Source: Pavona decussata (taxonomy: Eukaryota). Taken from it: a stretch of 64,000 bases of DNA. Location of the stretch: positions 1,736,001-1,800,000 of the forward strand of contig CDRNST010000122.1 in the NCBI GenBank assembly GCA_977016875.1. The letters run 5' to 3'. The notes beneath the pieces are model-generated. The model made no database searches and was not told the DNA's origin. It worked only from the letters and a program-made list of their open reading frames with translations. Positions 23,101 through 32,420 of the stretch are shown in pieces. The position numbers were made by a program, and so were the translations under genes. Each line of letters begins with the position of its first letter. Positions within the stretch are counted from its first letter, which is position 1.

Positions 23101-26100
23101 CACAGCCAACGTAAAGAACACAATAAGCCAATCAGACGTTAATTGAAGCAAATACATATAGTAAGCATCAAGTTCGGGAAAACGCATGCGAACAAATTAC
23201 AATTGACTTTGATTTGACTTCTTATTGGTTGAGAAAGCGGTGCGAGAGCATTAAAGGAAAACCAAGCCAACACGAATTATTTGCATGTAACATTAAACTT
23301 AAAACCGCTCTAAAGTTTCATATAAACAGGTTAACATTGCATTTGTGTTGTTTTTCAAGGTTGTGGTGAACTCGCTGCTGTTTGCGATACCTGGTATCGG
23401 AAATGTTCTCCTCGTTTGTATGGTGTTCTGGCTTATATTCAGCATTGTTGGAGTGCAGTTTTTTGGCGGGAAATTCTTCAGATGTGTCGACATTCATGGA
23501 GAACGACTACCTATCAGCATAGTGCCTAACAAAACAGAATGCCACAGGCTTCGCTACCGCTGGGTAAATGCCAATATCAACTTTGACCACGTGCTTAATG
23601 GTTTAATCGCTCTCTTTCAAGTGGTGAGTTGGTACCTTCTACCTAATAGTCATAACGCCATATCCAAAAACTGTTTCGTTTGCCGTCATCAGGCCGACCC
23701 AATTATTTTAAAACAGCACGAAAATTTCTTATTCATCGCCTGTTCTCTTTCCTTGGTTTTTAAGTTTAATGTCTTATACACACCTTGCCTTTTCGGAGTG
23801 ATGGCTGCTCGCTACAAAATCAGGGCAGCTGCGAGGCTCGCCTAGAATTATTTAATCACTCATGATTTGTTTAAAGTTCTTTTCTCTTGTTCTCTTTCCT
23901 CTTTTTTAACGACCGCCCGAACCATTTTCCCGAGGAATAGGGTGAATGAAAAACGAAACTTTGTAAAAGATGGCCTAAAGTACAACTTTTTGAAAGAATT
24001 AATGTTGTACTTTAATTATATGAAAGCTGTGATGAGAAGCGCGTTACGGATAAATGGAAAGTCATGAGTCGAGATGGATGAGAGAAAATTGATTTATTAT
24101 AAAGTAGAACGAATTCATGAAGAATGTACTAAATTGTACGAAGACAAACATGAAAAAGGCAAAAATAAAAGTAAAAAATATTCGATAGGTGCTGTGCTCC
24201 CTGCATGTGTATAGTGAAAAAAATACGAAGACAGAATTCTTTGTTGATTGGTGATCATTGTTTTGTGGACTAAACAAATTCTGTTGTATGATTTAGGCGA
24301 CGTTTGAGGGATGGATGGAGATCATGCGAGATGCCGTTGACGCTAGAGAGGTAGGACGAATTTAAACTCCATTTTTGGAACTTTTGTTTTATTTGTAGCG
24401 GAACAGCCCTATGTAAGGGAGCTTCAATAAAATAGAGTAGATTTGTTGTCTCTTGACCGTGCTACCAATAGGCCATTTTCGAGTTGCATTGAACCTCATT
24501 ACAAAAGCGAGGCTAACTGTAAAGCTTTTCATGTGAAAATTAGTTTTGTTTGCATATGAATGAAACTAATTTCATTATAAAAACTATGTACGAAGCCTCG
24601 CTTTCATAATGAGGTTCAAAGCAACGGAAATAATGGCCCATTCCAGTTCAGCCAAATCCTATCAATTTATGGAGTGTTTGATAAGCAACCTCGGCTTTTG
24701 GCCGTACTCTGTCTTTACTATATCTTCGCTGTGGTTGCTTATGATAGCTTCGTTGCATTTATGTGAGTTTTACAGTTTAATGCCGACCTTTGTTTCTCCT
24801 TCTTCAGATTGATGAGCAGCCGGAGAGCCAACACAGTTTTGCGCCTTATTTCTTCTTTGTAATTTTCATTATCGTTGGGTCCTTCTTCACTTTGAACCTC
24901 TTTATTGGAGTCATCATTGACAACTTTAATCGGCTCAAAAAACAGGTAAAAACAAATTAAACGAATGAATCGTATAAGAATTGATAACGGGTTTTGCTGT
25001 GATTTCTGTGTTCAACATTAACATTTAAACTGAATTGAAAGTTGCTGTGATTTCTGTTTCAACATTAACATTCCCATCTCATCAGTTGTACTTTCTGACA
25101 GCACTTGAACCAACCAGAACAATCATATGAAATGAATTGAACATAAAAATCCACACGCTCTTGTTTTTTCTTATGTATATTTTCTGTTGATAATAGCGCA
25201 GTAACTTGACATATTCTCCCCTGACTATTTTTTCCTGTAGTACGAAGACAGTGGGGCGCTCGATATTTTCCTAACACCATCCCAGAAGGCTTGGTTCAAC
25301 ACTCTGAAAAAAGCTGCCAATAAGAAGCCCAAGAAAATGATCAGCAGGCCACAGGTCAGTGCCTAATTCCCTTTTAGTTAGCAGTTAATAACTTTTTTAT
25401 GTTAACATTCTTTTGCACTGATGTTTAAAATCAACCGGCTACTGTTCATGAGAGCTCTTTGTATGTAGCACTTTGTGCAAGCTTTCTGTAGGCCGTGCTG
25501 ATCAAGAGATAATTACAGGTTACTTTAGATACCTCCTCACAAGTCCAGATTTCCTTGCTGTGCTAAAATTCCCCTGAATACAGGAGAAAAAACTAATACA
25601 TGTTTTGGAGGAAACCTTAAGCCTCCTCATCAAACTGAAGCCTGAAAACATCCAAAGTAAAGGTGTGCCTCACTCGTTTCGTTTTTGGAAAATATGCTCA
25701 AGACAATTTGGAAATAGAGCGGTTTACGATTGAGTGTTGTAAAACAAAAACCAAAGTAATTCCTCTGACCAATCACAAAACAGCACAATGAACCAACCAA
25801 AATTTGAAGCGAACACACGTAACCGGTGTCAAGTGCGGGAAAACGCTGCGACCAAGTCACAATTAGTTTTGGCTTGGCTTCCCATTGGTTCAAAAAATAG
25901 CGCGAACGTTCCCAACTAATCATGAGCGCAGTAAAGCAAACGCGAAGTTGCTTGGGACACTGAATTGAAAGCCATTCTATTATACAGTCTTTCAGTCAGT
26001 CTTTCTCTACTTGTCTTATGCTTCAAAGAATTACCCTGTCGCCCTGTAGATGTTGTTCTGACTGCCCAACATCTGTGGTTTGAGAGTTAAGCGAGGATTT

Positions 26101-29100
26101 GTTTTGTGTTTCAGGTGAAGTGGCAGGCTCGTCTGTTTGATGCTATCCACAGCTCAAAATTTGAGACATTTATAATGATACTGATTTGTCTGAATATGCT
26201 GGTGATGATGATCCAACATTACGGACAAAGCCAAGAGGTCGACATGACTATGAATATCCTTTTATAGTTCCACTGTGACAAGTGCATTACTGCTATATGC
26301 TAGTTATGCAATGTTTTCGAGTGGTATACCGTGAAATATCCCACGAGTGACTTGATTTTTCTTAGTATGCACACAAGCCTTTTTAAGCGAGTGTGTATAC
26401 CAAGAAAAATCAAGTCACGAGTGGGATATTCACAGTGTGCCACGAGAAAGCAAATTTCATAACTAAATTATCCCATGCCACTTATTGAATTAACACAAAA
26501 CGTCACTCTTTAATGCTTTAACAGTAAATACAATCAGTGAAAGAATATTCAACAGATTGGCAACATTTCTTGAAAGTACATAATTTTGATAAAAAAATAA
26601 AAAATATAATAGGTACTTCTCATTAAATCAACAAAAGGTAAGAAGTGTTCAGGAAAAACTCATTGACAAACTATTTGTTAGACCGCGAGAAACGCCTGGA
26701 TTTTTTTCGTGGAATATTACCCATTGCATACCGCAGAATGGTCAAAATAGTCAGCGGTGCTAGACACTGGGTTTTCAAAACGGCGACCATTAAGGAATTT
26801 ACAGCGACTAGCGAGGTCGTCTTTCCGTTGTAAGACAACTATGTTTAACATAAGTTTGAAGAAGTTTTATTTCCCTGCCTCAAAAGTGAAAAATTATACC
26901 CACACTCTGTCCTAACGTACGTACAAGCTCCGAGTAACATCCCGATTTGGGGAGATAAGCAAAGATATTGCTACGACACGCTTGTCTTTACACGCTTCAG
27001 CATTGCATCATATCAAACATTTTTAAATGCTTTAATCTGTTTTTAGTCGTAATAAAATTGTGTTCCTTAACTGCGATCCCGACTTCCTCTCGGGTCATCA
27101 CATATAATAAATCTCGTATTCACCGCATTATTTACCTTGGAAGCCTTGGTCAGGATTGTCGCTCTTCGTCTGCATTATTTTACGCAGCCGTGGAATATCT
27201 TCGACTTTACCATCGTGATACTATCAATTATTGGTAAGAATTATATCACAGTAACAGTAAAACGCATGCTCTGATTGGTTAAGCTGATCGCGTGTTGGTG
27301 TATGTGTTTGCGTACATGGATTCTTGAAGGTCCATGGATAGAAAATTGGTTGAACTTGACTAAATTGAACCCAACAGCAAATGAAAGTCGAAAAGACTTC
27401 CTACATAGGTCCGGGTCTATGTTCGTCTGAATTAAAAATGTTCGCTAACGTGAACTTGGGTCGATGACATCCGCAAGTTCAGTTGGAGCAGTTTATGTAT
27501 ACGATAGGATTTTCGTGGAGAGTTTTTGTAGCGTGGTTTTCCTACCCTGATAACCTACAACTTACAGGCAACCGAAAACAAATGGAAACAAAAAACCTCA
27601 TGGGGCTCCACGACATTCGAACTTCAGCCTTCCTGAGTACAAAGATTCGAAAAGATATCGCGTAGGCTGTCATCGCATATCTAATGCTTGAAAATATTTG
27701 TTTATTCTTGTAACAAATACCATTAAAATGGCAAACCCGAATTTACGTGAGACAGAAGCCGAAAATATACAGAGTTCTATGCTGACGCGATCCAGCATTG
27801 GAATTTTCTGCCAAATTGGTAAACAACAAATCTAGCAAAAGTTGCGAGTGATTTAAAATGCACAACCTATAGTCTGACCAGTCCGGTGTGGTGCAGTTTC
27901 CTTTGTTATACGAGGTGGTTCTAATGTTTTAGTCTTTGTAAAATCTGTGTGACTATTGAAAAGAAAGCGAGGTTACAGTTAGGGATTGAAACATTGAACT
28001 CACTCGCAGGGGGCCTGCTCCTATTCTAATCCCCGCCTCGTCCCAGGCACTAATGCATTTCAGTTTTGCGGAAAGAGCGGGAAAACAAGGGCACAGGGCT
28101 TGATGGGAAGGACACCATGCGCACCGCTTTTGCCTAAGACCAGAGACGCCTGGGAACAAGTCAGGTGTCGTCCTCTGTGGAAACTATTACGTAACAGTAA
28201 ATTTTTCGCTTAATCTATACAGGAAACTAATAGTGGAAAATATAAACCCGAAATTTCGACATGTCATTTATTTTCCTTGCAATGCCTCCTTCAGTGGTTT
28301 AGACTCTCTCTTGGGACTCGAAATTCCCTTTTGCCAATTAAGAACGTAACATTTAGAACTGGTCTTTATATCAGTATACCTGTTACACATTTATAATGTC
28401 CGCGTATACTGGTTATTTTCTAACGTTCCGTGATCCAGTTTGCGTATATTTTGTTTCAGCGCACTTCAACATTTCCGGCGGAAAAAATCAGCTTTTCTAA
28501 TGCTCCGGATAAACCTCTCGCACAATATTGTCTCAAGTGCGGAATTTGTAGTTGAACTTTGCACGGTGTAAGTGCTTTAAAACATATGCAACAGGTTTAG
28601 GGGTTTGCGGTTAACAAGAGGGTTTTAAAGTTAAAATTTCTTTCCTTTCTTTCCTTGTTTTTAAGGAAAGGTTTAGGTATAATCCCTCTATTTCGATTCG
28701 CTTGAAGTTTGATCTGTACAAGTAAACGCAAGGCGGGACTGCATAAGTCTTTAAATAAAGTAACACATGCTATTTTAATAAATTTCAAACCAAATACTCA
28801 GGCTAAATTTTAAGCTTAAAGAATATACATGATGGGGTCCAATACTTAGGTGACAAAGCATTCTTAAGAAAATAACTCTCAAAATATTACCTCATTAGTT
28901 TTTGTGGTAATGACAATTTTTTTCAATTTTGAGTGTGCCAATCCAAACAAACTTAAGTGGTTAAAAGCCGTCTAAAGTGTTAAAATAAAACTTGCACTCA
29001 GACGACACACTTGGAAATGATTTGAAGCAAGACGAGATAAACTTCTTACGGTAACCATGACTCAGTGATCTGACGCTAAAATCTGATCAGTGACATGAAT

Positions 29101-31606
29101 ATTCTTCAACGAATTAAACTCAAAATACCCTTATAATATAACTCCGACTCGCGCAGCGTTTTAAAGAATATTAAAATAGATGCGGTATGCCAACAATTAT
29201 CCTCGCTGAGCAGACTCAAACATTATAACCAACTTGTAGAATGTGATAAACAGTTGAATGGTCACAGTTAAGGATTGTATCCACAGACCCAAAAGTTAAA
29301 GCCGCCTTTTAGAGCCGTTATTTTCTCTTACTGTACCTTTGGCCCTGAAGGAGACTGCCCAAATAAAATTAGCCTTTGCCATAGTGCCAGCCCTGCAATC
29401 AGTTTGGTTTGATTTGAATGGTCACACTTTAGCAAATCATCCACAGACTTAAAAGTTAGAGTGGCGCTGTTTATTATTCTAAACAAGGTAGCGGAAAAGT
29501 TATGCTCAGTGGTTTCCATTTGAATGGTCACACTTAAGGATTTCACCCACAGACTCAAAAGTTAGAACCTCCTTGTACAGCATGATAAACTGCACCACAG
29601 GAAAGAACTGCTCAGTAGCTTTCATTGGAAAGCCCCATGCTTAAGGATCTGACAAGACTTAAACAGTTTAGCGCCACCTGGTACAGCATAATAACAGCAC
29701 TTCAGTAATTGAAGTACTGCTTAGCAGCATTCATTTCAATGGTCACATTTTAAGATTTCGTCCACTTTGCTGTCATGGTGAGTTCCGCGTGGGTGTACTA
29801 GATGTGTTCGGAGCTGTCAGGTGCAAAGTGGACTATCCCGAAATAAATATGATGATCCAAGCGAGCTGAGCTTTTCAAGTGTGCTTCATACGTATTTAGT
29901 CCTACATCTATGTTGCCAAGTGCTTTATCAAAAAGGTGTTATATATTTTATGTCTAGGACCAGAAGGAATCTTTACACATCACGCTATCTTTATTCTAGT
30001 GTAACTAAGTTAAAGCTCACGACACAAATTGTCCTAATTTGACGCGTTTGGTGTCTGCGTTCAAAGTAATATAAAATACCTTTAGGAAAGCGTGTTCTTT
30101 GTTCTTCAATGGCGAGCAGGAGAAGCGAATAGCTATTATTTGAAGAGTCTAAGCTGCGAGACGCCACTGAAAAGAGTTAAGGGGGCAATCTGGATCAGTG
30201 CCATCGAAGTTTTCGACGTCATCTCGTCTAGGTTTGAAGCAATCTGATCCAAAATGCCTCATCGAAATTCAACTAGATTAGCCCCCTCAAATGTCCCCCT
30301 TTTTGTTTTAGTTTAATTTTAAGCGCTTTTGGAGTGAAAGGGATCATTTATTAATACAAATAATCGTCTCAGTTACAATCCTATTATTTCAAAAATTTAC
30401 TTCAGTGTTCTTTGTCTTAAAATGCCAAGAAATGGATGATGGTGTTTCGCCTACATTTGTGTGCATTTATCTTATCCGTTTTTTCGTTTCTTTTTAGGAA
30501 TTGTGCTGGAATACCTCGACTACAAGTTTATCGTCACCCCGAGTTTATTCCGTGTGGCTCGAGTTTTTAGAATTGGAAGATTGTTGCGGTTTTACAGGGG
30601 CGCACGTGGGATCCGCCGGCTTCTCTTTGCTCTTGTCATCTCTCTTCCAGCGCTGTTTAACATAGGCGCTTTGTTGTTTCTTGTCATGTTCATTTATGCT
30701 ATTATTGGAATGTCATCGTTTGGTTATGTTAAAAAAACTGGAGCACTGGACGACGTGGTGAATTTTGAGACGTTTGGCAGCAGTATGTTGCTTTTATTCA
30801 GACTTTCCACGTCTGCAGGGTGGAACGATGTTCTTGAGCCATTGCTGATCCAGTCTCCAGACTGCGACGAGAAGTACCTGGGACAACCCAATGGGAATTG
30901 TGGGACACCGTGGCTGGCGATACTTTATTTCATCTCATTCATACTTCTAACTTTCTTGATCATCATCAACATGTACATAGCCATCATTTTAGAGAACCTT
31001 AGTCAAGCACATCAACAGGACGAAGTTGGAATTACCGATGATGACTTGGAAATGTTTTATGCGCTATGGGAACGTTACGATCCGGACGCCACTCAATATA
31101 TTCTTCATTCTCAATTGTCTGACTTTGTCGACAACCTTGAACCGCCATTGAGACTTCCTCAACCTAATAAGTTTGCGTGCATTCATTTGAATATTCCCAT
31201 CAAACAAGGAGACAGAATTCACTGTTTTGATGTCATGCAAGCATTGGTGCGAAGGGTTATCGGCGAAATTGAAGAGGAGGACTCTGTAGCCTTTGCCCTT
31301 ATGAAATCTAGAATGGAACATCATTTTGTCACCGCGTTCCCAAAACGCGCAAGAACTCAAACCGAAAGCACAACATTGAAAAGGATTCAGGAAATTCGCG
31401 CCGCGACGATAATTCAGCGTTCATATAGACAATACCGCTTCCAGTTAGAACTAAGAAAATTTAGGCTTCAGAAAAGTCAACAGTTTGAAAACAGCCCATC
31501 TTCTGTAACAGAAGTGAGACCCCACGGGAGTGTTCAGATTACGGTGGAGGAACAAGAGCCTGAAAACGAGTCACATGACACTATTGTTGTGATCTCTGAT
31601 GATTGA
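1286..31606 (+). CDS. Nav2: Voltage-gated sodium channel alpha subunit, Nav2-type (DEEA filter), 25 coding exons, about 1824 aa
   Basis: Manually joined exons 1286-1504, 5401-5528, 6456-6536, 6642-6770, 7483-7574, 7896-8090, 8768-8828, 9449-9590, 10067-10204, 11104-11958, 12925-13113, 13741-13892, 17323-17512, 17614-17845, 18795-18880, 19456-19788, 20623-20796, 21882-22010, 23360-23623, 24297-24350, 24808-24945, 25241-25354, 26115-26253, 27102-27233, 30498-31606 give 5475 nt with compatible phases. Four S4 segments ([52 protein letters not shown]), pore loops TMDFWE/CGEWIE/TFEGWME/TSAGWND, III-IV linker DIFLT, IQ motif IIQRSYR. Confidence 0.96.
4871..5111. mobile_element. MITE with about 55-bp TIRs
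   Basis: GGCCCCAGTTGTTCAAAGGCCGGATAACTTTATCC ... GGATAAAGTTATCCGGCCTTTGAACAACTGGTGCC; a one-ended relative sits at about 10428-10480. Confidence 0.85.
5401..5528 (+). CDS. Nav2: Nav2 exon 2
   Basis: [42 protein letters not shown]; acceptor TTTCAG; U12 donor GTATCCTTT. Confidence 0.92.
5592..5972. repeat. Tandem duplication (about 198 and 183 bp) containing (TCA)n microsatellites
   Basis: TATGTCATCGCCATCATTAG...GCCGTGCTAATTAA occurs at 5592 and 5790; copies differ mainly in TCA count. Confidence 0.95.
5641..6420 (-). mobile_element. 5'-truncated CR1/L2-type LINE 3' fragment with (TGA)n tail
   Basis: Minus strand reads [17 protein letters not shown], an ORF2 C-terminal motif; AATAAA directly before the (GAT)n tail; tail region tandemly duplicated. 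Confidence 0.65.
6456..6536 (+). CDS. Nav2: Nav2 exon 3 (DI S1)
   Basis: [19 protein letters not shown]; preceded by U12 branch site TCCTTAAC; donor GTACGT. Confidence 0.92.
6642..6770 (+). CDS. Nav2: Nav2 exon 4 (DI S2-S3)
   Basis: [20 protein letters not shown]...[17 protein letters not shown]. Confidence 0.95.
7483..7574 (+). CDS. Nav2: Nav2 exon 5 (DI S3-S4)
   Basis: [22 protein letters not shown]. Confidence 0.95.
7896..8090 (+). CDS. Nav2: Nav2 exon 6 (DI S5)
   Basis: [11 protein letters not shown]...[18 protein letters not shown]. Confidence 0.95.
8768..8828 (+). CDS. Nav2: Nav2 exon 7 (DI extracellular loop)
   Basis: [19 protein letters not shown]; phases fit both neighbours. Confidence 0.9.
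9094..9236. mobile_element. Tc1/mariner(pogo)-like MITE
   Basis: TA-CAGTCGACTCCCGATAACTCGAAC ... GTTTGAGTTATTGGGAGTCGACTG. Confidence 0.8.
9449..9590 (+). CDS. Nav2: Nav2 exon 8 (DI pore loop, filter D)
   Basis: CPVNYTC...[34 protein letters not shown]. Confidence 0.96.
10067..10204 (+). CDS. Nav2: Nav2 exon 9 (DI S6)
   Basis: [22 protein letters not shown]. Confidence 0.96.
11104..11958 (+). CDS. Nav2: Nav2 exon 10 (I-II linker and DII S1)
   Basis: 855-nt open exon ending [27 protein letters not shown]...IGNM. Confidence 0.93.
11981..12692. repeat. Compound (AGC/AGT)n microsatellite with 46-nt higher-order unit
   Basis: GAAGCAGCAGC recurs at 12014, 12060, 12106, 12152, 12198, 12244. Confidence 0.95.
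12925..13113 (+). CDS. Nav2: Nav2 exon 11 (DII S2-S4)
   Basis: [14 protein letters not shown]...WNIFDGFIV...[10 protein letters not shown]. Confidence 0.95.
13234..13515. mobile_element. Non-autonomous palindrome-containing interspersed repeat
   Basis: TTAATGTATGGTCCC...GGGACCATACATTAA and TAGACTTTC...GAAAGTCTA inverted pairs. Confidence 0.6.
13741..13892 (+). CDS. Nav2: Nav2 exon 12 (DII S4-S5)
   Basis: [50 protein letters not shown]. Confidence 0.95.
13897..14440 (-). mobile_element. CR1/L2-type LINE 3' end (ORF2 C-terminus, 3' UTR stem-loop, (ATTGA)n tail)
   Basis: [30 protein letters not shown]; hairpin CACTAGCCCGC...GCGGGTAGTG; AATAAA followed by TTGAATTGAA tail on the minus strand. 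Confidence 0.88.
14441..14855 (+). pseudogene. LINE ORF1 C-terminal part
   Basis: DIDIAHRVP...PVICKFTRR...[17 protein letters not shown]...[15 protein letters not shown], typical of CR1/L2-group ORF1. Confidence 0.8.
14893..16832 (+). pseudogene. LINE ORF2: APE endonuclease and start of reverse transcriptase, frameshifted and truncated
   Basis: [42 protein letters not shown]; canonical SDH appears as SYH; frameshift near 16180; [17 protein letters not shown] and SQYGF, then homology ends with no YADD. Confidence 0.93.
17323..17512 (+). CDS. Nav2: Nav2 exon 13 (DII pore loop, filter E)
   Basis: [32 protein letters not shown]...VIGNFL. Confidence 0.96.
17614..17845 (+). CDS. Nav2: Nav2 exon 14 (DII S6 end, II-III linker)
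   Basis: [13 protein letters not shown]...; donor GTACTA, phase 1. Confidence 0.88.
17937..18657. mobile_element. Fold-back or non-autonomous DNA transposon with about 165-bp diverged TIRs
   Basis: TGATTGACAAGTGAGGAGCCAATCACAA vs TTGTGATTGGCTCCTCACCTGTCAATCA; CCAAAGTGGACC vs GGTCCACTTT; GAGTAGTGAAAG vs CTTTACTACTC. Confidence 0.8.
18795..18880 (+). CDS. Nav2: Nav2 exon 15 (II-III linker)
   Basis: [28 protein letters not shown]; TTAG acceptor and GTAAGT donor; needed to bridge phase 1 to phase 0. Confidence 0.78.
19456..19788 (+). CDS. Nav2: Nav2 exon 16 (II-III linker and DIII S1)
   Basis: Ends [22 protein letters not shown]. Confidence 0.9.
19880..20172. mobile_element. Palindrome-ended interspersed repeat
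   Basis: AACAATTATTCCAC..GTTGGATATGAGATGA ... TCATCTCATATCCAAC..GTGGAATAATTGTT hairpin plus GGCCATGGTATA...TATACCATGGCC. Confidence 0.7.
20623..20796 (+). CDS. Nav2: Nav2 exon 17 (DIII S2-S3)
   Basis: VFEDVHL...[15 protein letters not shown]. Confidence 0.95.
21057..21101 (+). other. Candidate alternative or duplicated DIII S3-S4 exon
   Basis: Pyrimidine tract plus [24 protein letters not shown] donor; read-through gives VRILN then stop; resembles exon 18. Confidence 0.45.
21882..22010 (+). CDS. Nav2: Nav2 exon 18 (DIII S3-S4)
   Basis: ISLASVS...[26 protein letters not shown]. Confidence 0.96.
22131..22533. mobile_element. MITE with internal ATCGCCG(CGAT) repeats
   Basis: AGCCAGCAACACACTTGGCGATTTTATACGCC ... 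GGCGTATAAAATCGCCAGGTGTATCGCCGGCT. Confidence 0.85.
22830..23050 (+). mobile_element. Degenerate SINE (Nin-domain-like)
   Basis: GGAGTAACCTTACGATTTACTAGCACCCCATTTACGGGAGG resembles the conserved cnidarian SINE central domain; recalled, not searched. Confidence 0.45.
23360..23623 (+). CDS. Nav2: Nav2 exon 19 (DIII S5)
   Basis: [39 protein letters not shown]...[15 protein letters not shown]. Confidence 0.96.
24297..24350 (+). CDS. Nav2: Nav2 exon 20 (DIII pore loop, filter E)
   Basis: [18 protein letters not shown]. Confidence 0.96.
24468..24642. mobile_element. MITE
   Basis: AATAGGCCATT..TTGAACCTCATTACAAAAGCGAGGCT ... AGCCTCGCTTTCATAATGAGGTTCAA..AATGGCCCATT. Confidence 0.8.
24808..24945 (+). 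CDS. Nav2: Nav2 exon 21 (DIII S6)
   Basis: [33 protein letters not shown]. Confidence 0.96.
25241..25354 (+). CDS. Nav2: Nav2 exon 22 (III-IV inactivation linker)
   Basis: [38 protein letters not shown]. Confidence 0.95.
26115..26253 (+). CDS. Nav2: Nav2 exon 23 (DIV S1)
   Basis: [25 protein letters not shown]; followed by the AT-AC donor ATATCCTTT. Confidence 0.92.
26254..27101 (+). other. U12-type AT-AC intron
   Basis: 5' site ATATCCTTT; branch TTCCTTAAC at 27063-27071; AC at 27100-27101 restores the frame. Confidence 0.92.
26301..26465. mobile_element. Palindromic element inside the AT-AC intron
   Basis: AATATCCCAC..GTGACTTGATTTTTCTT ... AAGAAAAATCAAGTCAC..GTGGGATATT; TAGTTATG/CATAACTA ends. 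Confidence 0.75.
27102..27233 (+). CDS. Nav2: Nav2 exon 24 (DIV S2-S3)
   Basis: [43 protein letters not shown]; AC acceptor. Confidence 0.9.
29240..29765. repeat. Diverged about 105-bp satellite-like repeat family; other copies near 16870-17110, 42780-43155 and 47900-48180
   Basis: Recurrent TTGAATGGTCACACTTAAGGATTTCATCCACAGACTCAAAAGTTAGAACC-like unit. Confidence 0.85.
30498..31606 (+). CDS. Nav2: Nav2 exon 25 (DIV S4-S6, EF-hand-like region, IQ motif, stop)
   Basis: [54 protein letters not shown]; TGA at 31604-31606. Confidence 0.97.
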
Positions 31607-32127
31607 ATGGCGTAAAGCATGATGGGAAGTTAGTTATCGGGGAAACAGCGCATTTATATTTACAAGATTCAGCTCGCTTAGAGCGCGTAAAAATTTTCCA
31701 GGGTTGCCATCTTATGTGTTGATGTTTGCGATGAACGAGAGCTTGTTTTTGACAGAAAAAGTTTTGAATTTGCTATAAAATTCAGTTCAATCGTTGCAAA
31801 AGTCTCGTTTGCTGTCCTTCAGGTTGTAGTTGTAATTTTAGTTTTATACAGGTTTTTGGCAAATCAAAAACAAAATTCTGAAATCGTCTAAATGTTATTA
31901 TCTTCCTCTGATACTAACATAATTATTGGAAAGAAAGCTTTTTCGCCTTAGATTTTAATTTTTTTTCAAAAATTCCGAGTTCATCGAAATTAAGGAATTG
32001 AACTATTTTTAAACGGTGCGTTGTCACTCTCCGAGCTATAGCGTTTTATAGAAAAACATACCAAGTGAGCGTCTATCACAGTTTGTCAATAAAAAAAATG
32101 TTGTTAGATGATTTGCTAGCTTTTAAT

Positions 32128-32420
32128 GGTTTGAACCCAGTAGTCATGTCATATGTACGTAAATTATGATCATCCTGGTGAGTGGAGTCCTGAGAAGGAC
32201 TGTTTGTGGTGACATTGACTGATGTTTCGACAACCTGAGCGGAAGTCATCTTCAGAGTCAAGTGAATTGTGGAACGTCAGTAGATGGTATAAATATCTCT
32301 GGTTGTTGACCTGATTGGTCAACGAAGTCCAGATGTTATTGGTCGTTTGTCAGTAAGCCGTGATGTTATTGGCTGTGAAGACTGTAAAAAGTGATTGGTG
32401 CGTTTGGATCCGCCTTCTGT
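32128..32420 (-). mobile_element. Penelope-like element fragment (pseudo-LTR)
   Basis: Contains a hammerhead core; the minus-strand translation MTLKMTSAQVVETSV.. is a pattern I recall from spurious ORFs in this repeat class. Confidence 0.7.
32215..32261 (-). ncRNA. Minimal type I hammerhead ribozyme motif (cleavage triplet mutated)
   Basis: Minus strand: TTGACT-CTGAAGA-TGAC TTCCGCTCAGGTT GTC-GAAAC-ATC-AGTCAA; stem I TTGACT/AGTCAA, stem II GAC/GTC. Confidence 0.7.

Noticed and set aside
32076-32261. 61-aa minus-strand ORF MTLKMTSAQVVETSV...
   Set aside because: Spurious translation of the Penelope-like repeat and ribozyme motif.
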